64,000 nucleotides of DNA from Syntrophorhabdaceae bacterium (GTDB lineage: Bacteria > Desulfobacterota > Syntrophorhabdia > Syntrophorhabdales > Syntrophorhabdaceae). The notes beneath the pieces are model-generated. The model did not search any database. It had not been told where the DNA came from and saw only the letters and a list, made by a program, of their open reading frames with translations. The DNA lies in NCBI GenBank assembly GCA_963666485.2, contig CAXXUO010000001.1, positions 736,001 to 800,000 on the forward strand, read 5' to 3'. The position numbers and the translations under genes are program-made. This document shows positions 34,105 to 44,548 of this stretch, piece by piece (position 1 is the first letter of the stretch; every line of letters begins with the position of its first letter).

Positions 34105-36495
34105 TTATGATTTGAGGTATGGCTCGAGCCCCTCGGCGCTGCGGATGTGGATATCCTGCTGGGGATAGGCCATTTCGATATTATTTTCCCTGAACGCCTT
34201 CTCCACTTCGAAGCGGATGGCTGACGCTGTTTTGTCCCTCATCTGAACAGGCCGCCGTATCCAGTACCGCAGGCGGAACGCGAGGGCGTTGTCCCCGAAA
34301 TCCCAGAAAAGGACATAGGGCTCGGGATCTTTCAGGACGGCGGGGTTTGAATCGGCACACCGGATCAGGATATCCCTCACCAGTTCCGTATTTGAACCGT
34401 ATGCCACCGCCACGGCGATCTCGGCCCGGCCCTTGGGGTCCCTGTACGTCCAGTTGACGATGTTCTTATTTATCAGGTCCGAGTTCGGGATGAATATGGT
34501 GGAATCGTCGTTCGTCTGCATGATCGTGTTGCGGATATTTACCCTGATGACCGTACCGCGGATATTTTCAAGCTGAATTTCATCGCCCGGATGGATGGAC
34601 CTTCCGAAAAGCAGTATGAGCCCGCTGAAAAAGTTCTTGATAAGCTCCTGCAGGCCGAACCCGGCACCGATCGATAATCCGCCGGCGACAATGGCGAGAT
34701 GCGTTACGCTGACCCCGATAAGCTTCAATGAGACCAGTATCGAAAGGGACCAGGTAACGTACGACGCAATGGCGTGAAGGGATTTGATGACGCCTTCCTG
34801 GAGGAGCCCGCCCGAGCCGAGCCGTGCTGCGATGAAGGTTATCAATGCGTTTACTGCAATGACCAGGGACCGGGTGATGACGACGATCGCGATGATGACG
34901 ACCAGCATCGGGACGTTCAGGGAGAGGTAACCTATATTCAGGTGCCAGCGCATGATATCGTCACGAAGAGGGGTGCCCCCGATGTAGAGGATGATCCACA
35001 CGACAGAGACTGAAAAGAGACCAAGGAAGATCATGGGGAAAACAACGCCGATGGCAAGCCTGCGGGCCGTTGTCATATTTTCCTTGCCGGCCTCGATCAG
35101 TTTCCTCATCCATCCGGCAAGGCCCGACCATAGCTCGACATTGACGGCGACAGCAAACCAGGCAGTTGCCGCCAGCAATGCAATGGCGCACCATCCCAGA
35201 AGGGCGAGGGCGATGAATACGATCGAAAACCAGAAATTGACCAGGAACAGGCTTTTGTCCAGGTCATTCTGCTCGCCTTTTTTCATGAAGAAAGACCAGG
35301 CGCCGGAGATCATGAATATAAGAACCATGGGAAGCGAATAAATGATGGTGGGCGTATGGCAGACCTCAACCGTTGTACCCGCTGCAAACATCAACCATAC
35401 GGGCCACAGCGGGTTGTGCCGGTATATCGGGCCGGCGGCGAAAATTCTCCGGAGATTCCAGCCGAGACTGACGAGCCCCGCGGCAAGTACTATCTCGGCG
35501 ATAAAACTGACCGGGGCCAGGATCCCCATGCCTGTCGTTGTGCCGAGCACCATAAGCGGCAGGCCGATGGACGTATAGATCCCGAAAACGAGGAACCTCC
35601 GGGCCGGGACCGAGGGATATTTTCGCCGGATGCGGAAGAAGATCGCCAGGAAAAGCCCGATCATCCCGGCCGCATACAGGGAGGTCCTCCCCAGGGTCCT
35701 GCCGATAACGCCGCCGTTCTGGATATACGGGATCAGCCAGTAGTCCCAGAAACCGGACATATTCACCACGACCTCCCGCAGGGTCTTCCATGTGTTTGAT
35801 GCAAAAAAAGTGGAGGTCTGCGGAAAAAGATAATATTTTTTCCAGGCGGCCCTGAGGTCGTTCTCCACTGATTTCTTTTTCGATTCCAGCCTGACGCTGA
35901 ACTCTTCGACGGCATTGGGAATTATGTCGATAATTTCTGCGGCGGTGCTCAAAAGTGCGACCGCCTTTTTAATATCGGCCGCATGATCGGCGGCGGCCTT
36001 GCGGGCTTCCTGCAGGGAATCCTGCCGGGACAGGTTTTCATACTCGACCTGATGTCCCGCCAATGTTTTTTTGAGGTCCATGATCGCCTTGTGCTCTTCG
36101 TTTATCGGGGAGACCATGGTCGTTGCCTGTTCCTCCAGTATTATCATCTGGCGCAGGGTATCGCGCATCTCTACCGGGTTGGCCTCGACCATATTGTACA
36201 TGATGGACAATCTCAGCAATTCCTGGTTGAGCTGCTGCGTCTTCTCGTGTATCTTGCCCATTCGTTCGGGCTGTGCGGCGATATATGTCTTTACATTGGT
36301 GGAAAGGGAATTGATGGCGATCTTTTCCCTTTTTATCATCTCCTCCCAGGACGCCGCGTCGGACTGCATCGTCTGGGCACGGCCTGCGGCGGGCGTCATG
36401 AGAGGGATGAAGATGGCGATCACCACACACAGGATCAATGTTCGATAAGGAGCAAGAGGATAATTGTCTTTCATGTGCATTCCGGTAATTAACAA
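34105..36495 (-). CDS. Large mechanosensitive channel of the MscS family (MscK-like)
   Basis: Periplasmic coiled coil, many TM helices, GLSIGAGFGLQELIKNFFSG, IPNS, VAYGS, AYPQQDIH; start uncertain. Confidence 0.9.
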   Translation of the reverse strand: MLITGMHMKDNYPLAPYRTLILCVVIAIFIPLMTPAAGRAQTMQSDAASWEEMIKREKIAINSLSTNVKTYIAAQPERMGKIHEKTQQLNQELLRLSIMYNMVEANPVEMRDTLRQMIILEEQATTMVSPINEEHKAIMDLKKTLAGHQVEYENLSRQDSLQEARKAAADHAADIKKAVALLSTAAEIIDIIPNAVEEFSVRLESKKKSVENDLRAAWKKYYLFPQTSTFFASNTWKTLREVVVNMSGFWDYWLIPYIQNGGVIGRTLGRTSLYAAGMIGLFLAIFFRIRRKYPSVPARRFLVFGIYTSIGLPLMVLGTTTGMGILAPVSFIAEIVLAAGLVSLGWNLRRIFAAGPIYRHNPLWPVWLMFAAGTTVEVCHTPTIIYSLPMVLIFMISGAWSFFMKKGEQNDLDKSLFLVNFWFSIVFIALALLGWCAIALLAATAWFAVAVNVELWSGLAGWMRKLIEAGKENMTTARRLAIGVVFPMIFLGLFSVSVVWIILYIGGTPLRDDIMRWHLNIGYLSLNVPMLVVIIAIVVITRSLVIAVNALITFIAARLGSGGLLQEGVIKSLHAIASYVTWSLSILVSLKLIGVSVTHLAIVAGGLSIGAGFGLQELIKNFFSGLILLFGRSIHPGDEIQLENIRGTVIRVNIRNTIMQTNDDSTIFIPNSDLINKNIVNWTYRDPKGRAEIAVAVAYGSNTELVRDILIRCADSNPAVLKDPEPYVLFWDFGDNALAFRLRYWIRRPVQMRDKTASAIRFEVEKAFRENNIEMAYPQQDIHIRSAEGLEPYLKS

Positions 36496-36655
36496 TTACA
36501 TGGCGCCGTCATTTTTTGCAAGGCTAAAACGGGGGTCTCACAATTGGGAAAGATGGCCTGTCGCCTTCCGGCGGCGCGGGCAGCAGTCTCTTCCAGGGCA
36601 TAACGGCCTTGACTTTATACATTCCCTGTGCAAAAAATGCGGGAGGGGTGCTCTT

Positions 36656-37144
36656 ATGGGACTTATCTACAGCATCATAGCGGGCGGGATCACGGCGTTA
36701 TTGACGTACTTTTTCGGCTATCCCGCCTGGGTGTTCATTATCCTCGGGGTCCTGTGGCTCGCGGCACTCGTGATATCGTTCGGTACCGGGCATCACGGTT
36801 TCGGGGGAGGGGGCAATACCGATCTCATGATCGTGATCGCGGCCCTTTTTCTGACCGGCGCGATCGTGTTCCCGAAATACGTTCAGCAGACACCCTGCAA
36901 CCGGATGAAGGCGACCCTTCAGAACCTGGACCGATACCAGAAGGAATACCGCGCCCGCAATTCCCTGTATGCGTCGCAGCTCGCTATAAGTGATTTCAAG
37001 CATGACCCCGATGTCGAGGTGATCGTGGCCTTTGCAAACCCGGAGTTCTTCATTGCCCATGCTTCGTCCCCCGACTGCAAGAATAAGGATGGTACGGTAA
37101 GGGTCCTGACGTGGGATTCGGCAAAAGGAGGGTTGCAGAACTAA
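36656..37144 (+). CDS. Membrane protein with a pilin-like C-terminal domain
   Basis: Two TM helices, Gly-rich linker, DLMIVIAA...IVFPKY hydrophobic helix, then LQNL..YQKEY...Y; RBS GGAGG. Confidence 0.6.
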   Translation: MGLIYSIIAGGITALLTYFFGYPAWVFIILGVLWLAALVISFGTGHHGFGGGGNTDLMIVIAALFLTGAIVFPKYVQQTPCNRMKATLQNLDRYQKEYRARNSLYASQLAISDFKHDPDVEVIVAFANPEFFIAHASSPDCKNKDGTVRVLTWDSAKGGLQN

Positions 37145-37164
37145 ACCCGGCAAGCGGGTTTAGT

Positions 37165-37189
37165 TCTTTCAAGGTTCAAGGTTCAAGGC
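37165..37189. repeat. Short heptamer array (TTCAAGG)3
   Basis: TTCAAGGTTCAAGGTTCAAGG; single arm only. Confidence 0.65.
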
Positions 37190-37247
37190 AAAAACAGCGT
37201 CCTTGAATTATGTGCAAGCAATTTACCGTTGTGATATCATTCCCGGC

Positions 37248-37979
37248 ATGAGGCAACAAGAAATCAGGCTCTTTGAACGGCTGCTCATTCTTCTGCTTCT
37301 CATCATGGGCCCGTCCGTTGTTTTTGCGCAGGTACCGTCGAGCGCGCGGTCGGTCAAGGCCGTCAATGAGGTGAGGCCGGGGCTTGAATCGCAATTGAAG
37401 GAAAAGGGCCTGACATACGGGTCACCTGTTTTTATAAGGATCTTGAAAGAATCGAAAGAGCTCGAGGTCTGGGTGAAGAAAGGAAGGTCATTTCACCTTT
37501 TCAAGATATACCCGGTCTGCACGTACGGGATTGGCGGGCTCGGCCCCAAGACAAAGGAAGGTGACTGGAAGGCGCCCGAAGGGTTCTATGCCGTTACGCC
37601 CGAGAGGTTGAACCCGGTAAGCAAATATCATCTTGCTCTCAACATCGGCTACCCGAACGCGTACGACAGGGCCCATGGCCGGACGGGGAGCGCGATCATG
37701 ATACATGGCGACTGTGTATCCGTCGGATGCTTCGCCATGACCGACCCTGCTATAGAAGAGATATACGCGCTCGCCGACGGGGCGTTCAGGAACGGGCAGG
37801 GATCCATCATGGTGCATATATTTCCCTTCCGCATGACAGGCGAAAAACTCAAGAAGACGGCGAAAAGCGAGTGGAGGGAATTCTGGGGCGATCTCAAGCA
37901 GGGCTACGATCTTTTTGAGAAGAGGCGCGTCCCGCCGCAAACGTCCGTCGAGAACAGGCGCTACGTTTTCCGGCAATGA
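37248..37979 (+). CDS. Murein L,D-transpeptidase family protein (YafK/DpaA-like)
   Basis: VFIRILKE, GPKTKEGDWKAPEGFY, IGYPN, IMIHGDCVSVGCFAM, IFPFRM. Confidence 0.9.
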   Translation: MRQQEIRLFERLLILLLLIMGPSVVFAQVPSSARSVKAVNEVRPGLESQLKEKGLTYGSPVFIRILKESKELEVWVKKGRSFHLFKIYPVCTYGIGGLGPKTKEGDWKAPEGFYAVTPERLNPVSKYHLALNIGYPNAYDRAHGRTGSAIMIHGDCVSVGCFAMTDPAIEEIYALADGAFRNGQGSIMVHIFPFRMTGEKLKKTAKSEWREFWGDLKQGYDLFEKRRVPPQTSVENRRYVFRQ

Positions 37980-37994
37980 TGCATGAAATGATCT

Positions 37995-38432
37995 TCAGGG
38001 TGCTCCCGGTACCGTATCTTCTATGAATTCCCGTACTTTTTCTTTTATGGCATCACGGACCCGGCGCGTCTTTGCGAGTTTTTCCTCATCTGTACCCGTG
38101 AACGACCCGGGGTCTTCAAAATGCCAGTGCAGGGTTTCCGTCCTGAGGCCGGGGAATAACGGACAGGTCTCGGCTTCGGCACAGACGGTGATGACATACG
38201 AGAACAGTTCGCCGTCCCGGTATTTTTCAAAAACGCTTTTCGTCGTGTTCCGGGATATGTCTATCCCCGCCTCGTTCATCACCTCGACCGCGAGAGGATT
38301 AAGGACGCCGGGTTCCATTCCCGCGCTTTCGGCCTGAAAGCGGTCACCGGCTATATGATTGAGGAACGCCTCGGCCATCTGGCTCCTGGCGCTGTTGTGG
38401 ACGCATACGAATAATACTTTTATTTTATTCAT
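37995..38432 (-). CDS. arsC: Arsenate reductase (LMW-PTP fold)
   Basis: [13 protein letters not shown]-loop, ITVC...CP, HWHFEDP. Confidence 0.88.
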   Translation of the reverse strand: MNKIKVLFVCVHNSARSQMAEAFLNHIAGDRFQAESAGMEPGVLNPLAVEVMNEAGIDISRNTTKSVFEKYRDGELFSYVITVCAEAETCPLFPGLRTETLHWHFEDPGSFTGTDEEKLAKTRRVRDAIKEKVREFIEDTVPGAP

Positions 38433-38439
38433 TTGCCGT

Positions 38440-39108
38440 TTATGTGGGCTCGTCCCGTTCTTCAAAATGATGTTTGATCACCCTGCCTTCAACCATAAAT
38501 ATAACGTCTTCGCAGATATTCGTCGAGAGGTCCGCGATCCTTTCCAGGTTATTGGCTATCCTGATGAGGTGCAACGACCGCTCGATGGTTGTCGCGTCGG
38601 ATGTCATGAAGGTGACCAGTTCCCGGAAGATCTGGTCGTGGAGCGCATCGATAATGTGGTCCTTCTCGCACACCTCCTGGGCCAGGCGCGCATCTTCGTC
38701 GATGAAGGACGTAATGGCATCATTGACGCTCCGGATAGTTTCCGACGCCATGCGGGGGATGTCCACGAGAGGCTTCACCGGGGCGTGGGAAACGAGGAAG
38801 AGCCCGCTGTCGGCAATATTGGCAATATGGTCCCCCATGCGCTCGAGATCGCTGTTCATTTTGAACACCATGAGCACGATCCTCAGGGCCCGTGCCCGCG
38901 GCTCGAACTGGGCTATCGTCGTTGTGCACAGTTCGTCCAGCCTGATCTCACGGTCGTTCGTGGCCGGCTCCAGAACGTCTATGACCTCCTTGAGCGGCTC
39001 TTGTTCCCGTGCCCACAGGCCCGCGATGCTCTTCATGATCATTTCTTCGATCAGTACGCCGTATTCGACGATCTCTTTCTTGAGCTCTTTTATCCTGTCC
39101 TGCAGCAT
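38440..39108 (-). CDS. phoU: Phosphate signalling complex protein PhoU
   Basis: DLERMGD and [13 protein letters not shown]; downstream of pstB. Confidence 0.95.
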   Translation of the reverse strand: MLQDRIKELKKEIVEYGVLIEEMIMKSIAGLWAREQEPLKEVIDVLEPATNDREIRLDELCTTTIAQFEPRARALRIVLMVFKMNSDLERMGDHIANIADSGLFLVSHAPVKPLVDIPRMASETIRSVNDAITSFIDEDARLAQEVCEKDHIIDALHDQIFRELVTFMTSDATTIERSLHLIRIANNLERIADLSTNICEDVIFMVEGRVIKHHFEERDEPT

Positions 39109-39116
39109 CCTTCCTC

Positions 39117-39875
39117 CTAACCAAATTTACCTGTCAGGTATTCTTCTGTGCGTTTATCTTTCGGTACGGTGAACATCTTCTCCGTCGTCCCGAATTCCAC
39201 AAGCTCTCCCAGGTATATAAAGGCGGTTACGTCCGACACACGGGCGGCCTGTGCGATGTTGTGGGTAACGAGGAGCATGGTCACGGTCTTCTTGAGCTCG
39301 ACAAAGAGGTCTTCGATCTGCGCGGTCGATTTCGGGTCAAGTGCAGACGTGGGTTCGTCGAACAGGATTATCTCCGGGTTCATGGCGAGCGCCCGCGCAA
39401 TACAGAGGCGCTGCTGCTGACCCCCGGAAAGGAAGGTTCCCTTGCGGTGGAGGTTGTCCTTGACCTCGCCCCAGAGCGCCGCATTCTTGAGCGATCTCTC
39501 GACAATCCCGTCCATCTCCGATTTGGGAAGCTTGATGCCGTTCAGCTTATACCCCGCAACGACATTGTCATAGATGCTCATCGTCGGGAACGGGTTCGGT
39601 TTCTGGAACACCATGCCGACCTTCCGCCTGAGGATTATAGGCTGCATGTCATAGATGTCCTCGTTCATGAGGAACATTTTTCCCGACACCGCAGCGCCGG
39701 GAATGAGCTCGTGCATCCTGTTGACGCATCGTATGAGCGTCGTCTTGCCGCAGCCCGAAGGACCCATTAGTGCCGCGACGATATTCTTTTCGATCGTCAG
39801 GTTAATGTTATGGAGAATTTGATGGTCCCCAAAACTTGCACTGAAATCCTTGACGGTCAGTACTGTATTTTCCAT
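39117..39875 (-). CDS. pstB: Phosphate ABC transporter ATP-binding protein
   Basis: GPSGCGKT, VFQKPNPFP, LSGGQQQRLCIARA, DEPTSALDP, YLTGKFG. Confidence 0.96.
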   Translation of the reverse strand: MENTVLTVKDFSASFGDHQILHNINLTIEKNIVAALMGPSGCGKTTLIRCVNRMHELIPGAAVSGKMFLMNEDIYDMQPIILRRKVGMVFQKPNPFPTMSIYDNVVAGYKLNGIKLPKSEMDGIVERSLKNAALWGEVKDNLHRKGTFLSGGQQQRLCIARALAMNPEIILFDEPTSALDPKSTAQIEDLFVELKKTVTMLLVTHNIAQAARVSDVTAFIYLGELVEFGTTEKMFTVPKDKRTEEYLTGKFG

Positions 39876-40702
39876 TTTGCAGATATACCTCGCGCAACCA
39901 TATTTAAAGAAAGCGTCAGAACAACCAGGATGAATGAAGCACCCCAGGCAAAAGAATGCCATTCGGGGTACGGACTCATTGCGTAATAGAAGATCCGGTA
40001 CGGGAGCGAATCGATCGGCTTGAAGATATTCATGTTCATGAACTGGTTGCCGAAGGCCGTAAAGAGGAGCGGCGCCGTCTCTCCCGTGATCCTGGCTACG
40101 CTCAGCAGGATGCCGGTCAGGATGCCGCTCATGCCGGACGGGAGTATGACCTTGAGCATTGTCCTGTAATAGGGCACCCCGAGCGCCAGGGAGGCTTCCT
40201 TCAAGTGGTACGGGACGAGCTTCAAGGTCTCTTCCGTCGTCTTGACAATGACGGGGAGCATCATGACGGCAAGGGCGATGCCGCCCGAGAAGGCCGAGAA
40301 TGTCTTGAGCGGGCCGACGATCCACAGGTACGCGATGATCCCTATGACTATCGACGGCGTCCCCTGGAGGACGACGACACTCAGGCGTATCGCATTGCCG
40401 AGCTTGCCGGCCTGGTGCTCGGCAAGGTAAATGCCGGCCGCTATGCCGCAGGGTATCGACAGGGCGCTCGACAGGACAATGAGCATCAGCGTCCCCACGA
40501 TCGCGTTGAAGATGCCCCCGCCCGTCTCTCCCGTCGGGCGCGGCAGGCTTGTCAGGAATTCCCAGTTGATGACCGCGATCCCGTTCCTTGTTATGTAATA
40601 GAGGATAAGAAACAGGGGCAGCAGCGACAAGAAGGCAAAAAGGCAGACGAGGCCCTTGAATATCTTTTCTTTTGCGAGGCGCGCCCGGACGTTGTCACGC
40701 AT
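39857..40702 (-). CDS. pstA: Phosphate ABC transporter permease
   Basis: GGIFNAIVGT, TPSIVIG, EASLALG, GETAPLLFT. Confidence 0.95.
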   Translation of the reverse strand: MRDNVRARLAKEKIFKGLVCLFAFLSLLPLFLILYYITRNGIAVINWEFLTSLPRPTGETGGGIFNAIVGTLMLIVLSSALSIPCGIAAGIYLAEHQAGKLGNAIRLSVVVLQGTPSIVIGIIAYLWIVGPLKTFSAFSGGIALAVMMLPVIVKTTEETLKLVPYHLKEASLALGVPYYRTMLKVILPSGMSGILTGILLSVARITGETAPLLFTAFGNQFMNMNIFKPIDSLPYRIFYYAMSPYPEWHSFAWGASFILVVLTLSLNMVARGISAKWKIQY

Positions 40703-41607
40703 CAGGTCACCTCGCGCGATGATTCGACGGTAAGCTTCTGGATCACCCATGTCCCGGCCATGTTGACGATCATCGTGACAAAGAACAGGACCAGGGCCAG
40801 GTATATCAGTGACGCCGACGTTATCCCTGTCGCCTCGGCAAATTCGTTCGCTATGACGCTTGCCATTGTGTTGGCGGGGCTGAATATGCTTGTCGGGAGA
40901 AAATTGCTGTTTCCGATGAGCATCGTGACCGCCATCGTCTCTCCTATGGCCCGTCCCAGCGAAAGAAGGATCCCGGCAATGATCCCCGACCGTGCATAGG
41001 GAACGACGATATTCTTCACCACTTCGAAACGCGTCGCCCCAAGCGAATAGGCCGCCTCCTTGAGATCGGCCGGAACGAACGTGATGACCTCCCTGCCGAT
41101 CGAGGCAGCAAACGGGATGATCATGATCGCAAGGATGAGCGACGATGTCAGAATCCCGACGCCCTGGGGTGCGACGCCAAGTTTTGTCTCGATATACCGT
41201 ACGGCCGGCATAAGCAGGAATAGCCCCCATAACCCGTATATGACCGACGGGATGCCCGCCAGCACCTCGACGGCACTCCGCAGAAAGGCCGAAACGGCGC
41301 CGTTCCTGTAATACTCGCCGAGAAAGAGCGCTATAGCCAGCGAGAACGGCACGGATATCAAGAGCGCCAGGAATGACGTCAGGAGCGTCCCGGCGAGGAA
41401 CGGAAGCGCACCGAACGTCTCCGTTGCCGCGTTCCATGTCTTCCCAATAAAGAAACCGGCGCCGAATTCACGGATCGCAGGAATGGAGTTGAAAAAAAGC
41501 GTCACCATTATCCCGATAAGGAGAAGCACGATAAGGCCGCCGCTTATTGCGAGGACGACGGTGAACGTTCTTTCGGAGCGGTCTATATGGGGTGTCGGTC
41601 GTGTCAT
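40702..41607 (-). CDS. pstC: Phosphate ABC transporter permease
   Basis: LAGIPSVIYGLWG, EAAYSLGAT, GRAIGETMAV, IANEF. Confidence 0.95.
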   Translation of the reverse strand: MTRPTPHIDRSERTFTVVLAISGGLIVLLLIGIMVTLFFNSIPAIREFGAGFFIGKTWNAATETFGALPFLAGTLLTSFLALLISVPFSLAIALFLGEYYRNGAVSAFLRSAVEVLAGIPSVIYGLWGLFLLMPAVRYIETKLGVAPQGVGILTSSLILAIMIIPFAASIGREVITFVPADLKEAAYSLGATRFEVVKNIVVPYARSGIIAGILLSLGRAIGETMAVTMLIGNSNFLPTSIFSPANTMASVIANEFAEATGITSASLIYLALVLFFVTMIVNMAGTWVIQKLTVESSREVT

Positions 41608-41668
41608 ATGCCCTGAATAATGAAGGGGGACCGGGAAAGTTTTCCGTTCCCCCGCGGCCTGGTGCATT

Positions 41669-42724
41669 CTATTTCAACAGCGGCGCGCCGTTATAGGTCA
41701 TCGAGCGGATAAGCTTCACGGATTTTTCCGAGGCTTCCTTCGACAGCGGGGCGTACTGGAGCGGTTCGAGGTATCTCTGGCCGTTCCCCACCATCCACAT
41801 AAGGAGCTTTGCGAGTGCTTCCGCGCGCTCTTTCGTCTTGCCGCCGTAATTCTGTTCCTTGTAAAAGATAAGCCAGGTAAAACTGCTGATCGGGTACCCG
41901 GCCGCGGCATCCGTGTTCGTAAGGGACTTGTTCGTATCATCCGGTATCGCGACGTTCGCCGCTGCCGTTACAGACTTGAGGCTGGGCTCGATGAATTTTC
42001 CCGCCTTGTTCTTGACATTGCCGTACGGCATCTTGTTCTGGACCGCGTAGAGGAGCTCGACATAGCCGATCGCCCCCGGGGTCTGCTTGACGTACCCGGC
42101 CACACCCGGGTTCCCCTTCTGGCCGATAGAGCCCGCCGGCCAGTTCACCGATTTCCCGAGGCCCATCTTTTCTTTCCACGGATCGCTCGTTTTGGCGAGG
42201 TACTCGGTGAAGATGAACGTGGTGCCGCTCGAATCCGCCCTGTGGACGGGGCTTATGGCGAGGTTGGGAAGAGCGGTCTTCGGGTTTACCGCTGTGATCT
42301 TCGGGTCGTTCCATTTCGTTATCGTCCCGAGAAAGATCCCTGCAATTATGTCCGAAGTGAGGTTGAGCCGCGGATTGCCGGGAAGGTTGTACGCCAGGAC
42401 AACCGCGCCGAGGCATGTCGGGATGTGCAGAACGGGTGCGCCGGCGGACTGAAGCTCTTTCTCTGTCATGTACGCATCTGTCCCGCCAAAATCTACGGTT
42501 TTCTTTATGAGCTGGTTGATGCCGCCACCGGAGCCGATGCCCTGGTAGTTGACCTTTACCTTGTACTGCTGGTAATACGCGTCGAACATCTTGGAATACA
42601 GCGGCTGGGGAAATGTGGCGCCCGCACCGAGGAGCTCCATATCGGCAGCCCGTACATAGCCTGTAAGAGCAAAGATAATGATAGCAAAAATTGTTACGAT
42701 ATTTCGCAATAGCCTGAAATTCAT
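41669..42724 (-). CDS. pstS: Phosphate ABC transporter substrate-binding protein
   Basis: GAGATFPQPLY, GSGGG, DFGGTD, RADSSGTT, IGYVE, YPIS. Confidence 0.96.
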   Translation of the reverse strand: MNFRLLRNIVTIFAIIIFALTGYVRAADMELLGAGATFPQPLYSKMFDAYYQQYKVKVNYQGIGSGGGINQLIKKTVDFGGTDAYMTEKELQSAGAPVLHIPTCLGAVVLAYNLPGNPRLNLTSDIIAGIFLGTITKWNDPKITAVNPKTALPNLAISPVHRADSSGTTFIFTEYLAKTSDPWKEKMGLGKSVNWPAGSIGQKGNPGVAGYVKQTPGAIGYVELLYAVQNKMPYGNVKNKAGKFIEPSLKSVTAAANVAIPDDTNKSLTNTDAAAGYPISSFTWLIFYKEQNYGGKTKERAEALAKLLMWMVGNGQRYLEPLQYAPLSKEASEKSVKLIRSMTYNGAPLLK

Positions 42725-42770
42725 GATTTCCTCCTTAACAGGACCTTACTGCAATATAATTACTGACACC

Positions 42771-42809
42771 TGTTAAATTTGAAGGATTATTCCGTTAAGA
42801 AATGATTAA
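42771..42809 (-). promoter_or_regulatory. Pho-box-like direct repeats upstream of pstS
   Basis: Minus strand TTAATC-N5-TTAACG, with a further TTAACA 22 nt on (11-bp phase). Confidence 0.6.
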
Positions 42810-44548
42810 GATTGCGAATCAGGGCGTGCAGCAGGCAGCGACACGATAAAAGTGGACCCCTTGCCGAGGGTACTCTCGACATTGACCGTTCCCTCATGTA
42901 AAAGGACAATATGCTTGACGATAGAGAGCCCGAGACCGGTCCCGCCCATTTTTTTGGTCCGTGATTTATCGACCACGTAGAAACGCTCGAAGATGCGAGG
43001 CAAATGCCCGGCGGGTATGCCCGGACCGGTGTCTCTCACCGCGACGATCACATTGTCCCGCACGGCATTGATCTCGATCGTGATCTCCCCTGCTTCCGTG
43101 TATTTGATCGCGTTGTCCAGGAGGTTGATAAAAACCTGTTCGAGTTTGAAGGCGTCACCCATAACAGGCGGCACATCCTCCCCGGCCTTGACCTTTATGG
43201 AGAATCCTTTTTCCCGGGCCTGGTTGTCAAAGATCCGGAGGACCCTCTCGAGAAGCTGCGCCATGTCGACGGGTTCCGTAGTAGCCAGAAATTCTTTTTC
43301 CTCAAGCTTCGCAAGCGTCAAAAGGTCGCCGACAATATTGATAAGCCGGTCCGTATTGCGTTTTATGACCTCCAGGTAACGCCTGTTCTCATCGGTGATC
43401 GAGCTTTCATCTATGGTTTCGGCATATCCTTTTATAGATGTCAGGGGCGTGCGAAGCTCGTGCGAGACATTGAGGACAAAATCGCTCTTGATCTTTTCGA
43501 GCCGCCTTGTTTCGGTGATATCGTGAAAAACAAGGACGATACCGGCTTTTGCCCTGAGGAAGGATGCGCTGCACAGGAAGACCCTGTCATTTACAGCAAT
43601 CTCCCGATTCACATTGTGCTGTTCGCTGCGTACCGCTTTTATCAGGTCGTTGATCGCGGGCTCCCGGACCTCTTCCCAGAATGTCTTCCCTGTATCGATC
43701 GCGCGGCCGACAACGTTCACCAGGCTTTTATTCGTCAGGACAACCCGCTCCTCGCTATCAAGGACGAGCAGGCCTTCCTGCAGCGACGATATGATGCTGT
43801 TGAGCTCCTCTGTTTGGCGGGTAAGTTCGGCAAAAAGGCCCTGCATCTCATCCGTCATCGCGTTAAAACTGTCCGCGACCTGTTTAAGCTCATCCCTCGT
43901 CTTTAAGAGGACCCGGGTACTGAAATCGTGTCCGGCAACGCGCCGGATGGCGTCAGTCAATTCCTTCACCGGCCGGGATATGGTCCGGGCGAACAAAAAC
44001 GCCGCGATAAGAGCGATGGCGAGGACGATTACGGCCGTCAGCGCGATCCTTGTGTTGAGCCTTCCCGAAACAACCTTGATATCTCTGAGGAATTTGCTGG
44101 TCCGGATAACATAGTGGACCGTATTGCCTTTGTATACGGGTATAGCGATATACAGCATCTCCCGCCCGAGGGTATCGCTCAGGCGCAGGTATTTTCCCGT
44201 TTGTCCCTCGAGGGCCTGCGCGATCTCCGTCCGCGTCCGGTGATTCTCCATCCGTTTCGGGTCTTCCCGGGAATCGGCGATAACCCTGCCGTCGGGGTCG
44301 ACGACCGTGATCCGGGTAGTGACCTGTCTGCCAAGGGCCTTGATCGTTTCGTCGATCGGCCTGTCGGTAGGGGCCTCATTCAGAAGGCCCTTGATGACCG
44401 AGGCGGTCTCCTCTAATTCCTGGCCGGTGTATTCCATCTGGTAGTGCCGTATGAGGTAGGACGAGAAGAGGACCGTAAGACCGGAAAGGGCGACGATCAG
44501 CAGGACATAGCTTCCGAATATCTTAAGGAATATCGACCGTTTCATCAT
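42806..44548 (-). CDS. phoR: Phosphate regulon sensor histidine kinase
   Basis: TM-sensor (MENHRTR.EI)-HAMP-PAS-HisKA (SHELRTPLTSIKG)-HATPase; adjacent to the pst genes. Confidence 0.9.
   Translation of the reverse strand: MMKRSIFLKIFGSYVLLIVALSGLTVLFSSYLIRHYQMEYTGQELEETASVIKGLLNEAPTDRPIDETIKALGRQVTTRITVVDPDGRVIADSREDPKRMENHRTRTEIAQALEGQTGKYLRLSDTLGREMLYIAIPVYKGNTVHYVIRTSKFLRDIKVVSGRLNTRIALTAVIVLAIALIAAFLFARTISRPVKELTDAIRRVAGHDFSTRVLLKTRDELKQVADSFNAMTDEMQGLFAELTRQTEELNSIISSLQEGLLVLDSEERVVLTNKSLVNVVGRAIDTGKTFWEEVREPAINDLIKAVRSEQHNVNREIAVNDRVFLCSASFLRAKAGIVLVFHDITETRRLEKIKSDFVLNVSHELRTPLTSIKGYAETIDESSITDENRRYLEVIKRNTDRLINIVGDLLTLAKLEEKEFLATTEPVDMAQLLERVLRIFDNQAREKGFSIKVKAGEDVPPVMGDAFKLEQVFINLLDNAIKYTEAGEITIEINAVRDNVIVAVRDTGPGIPAGHLPRIFERFYVVDKSRTKKMGGTGLGLSIVKHIVLLHEGTVNVESTLGKGSTFIVSLPAARPDSQS

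Noticed and set aside
39876..40325. Long N-terminal extensions of pstB and pstA in the ORF track
   Set aside because: They overlap the upstream permease genes in other frames; homology begins at 39875 and 40702.
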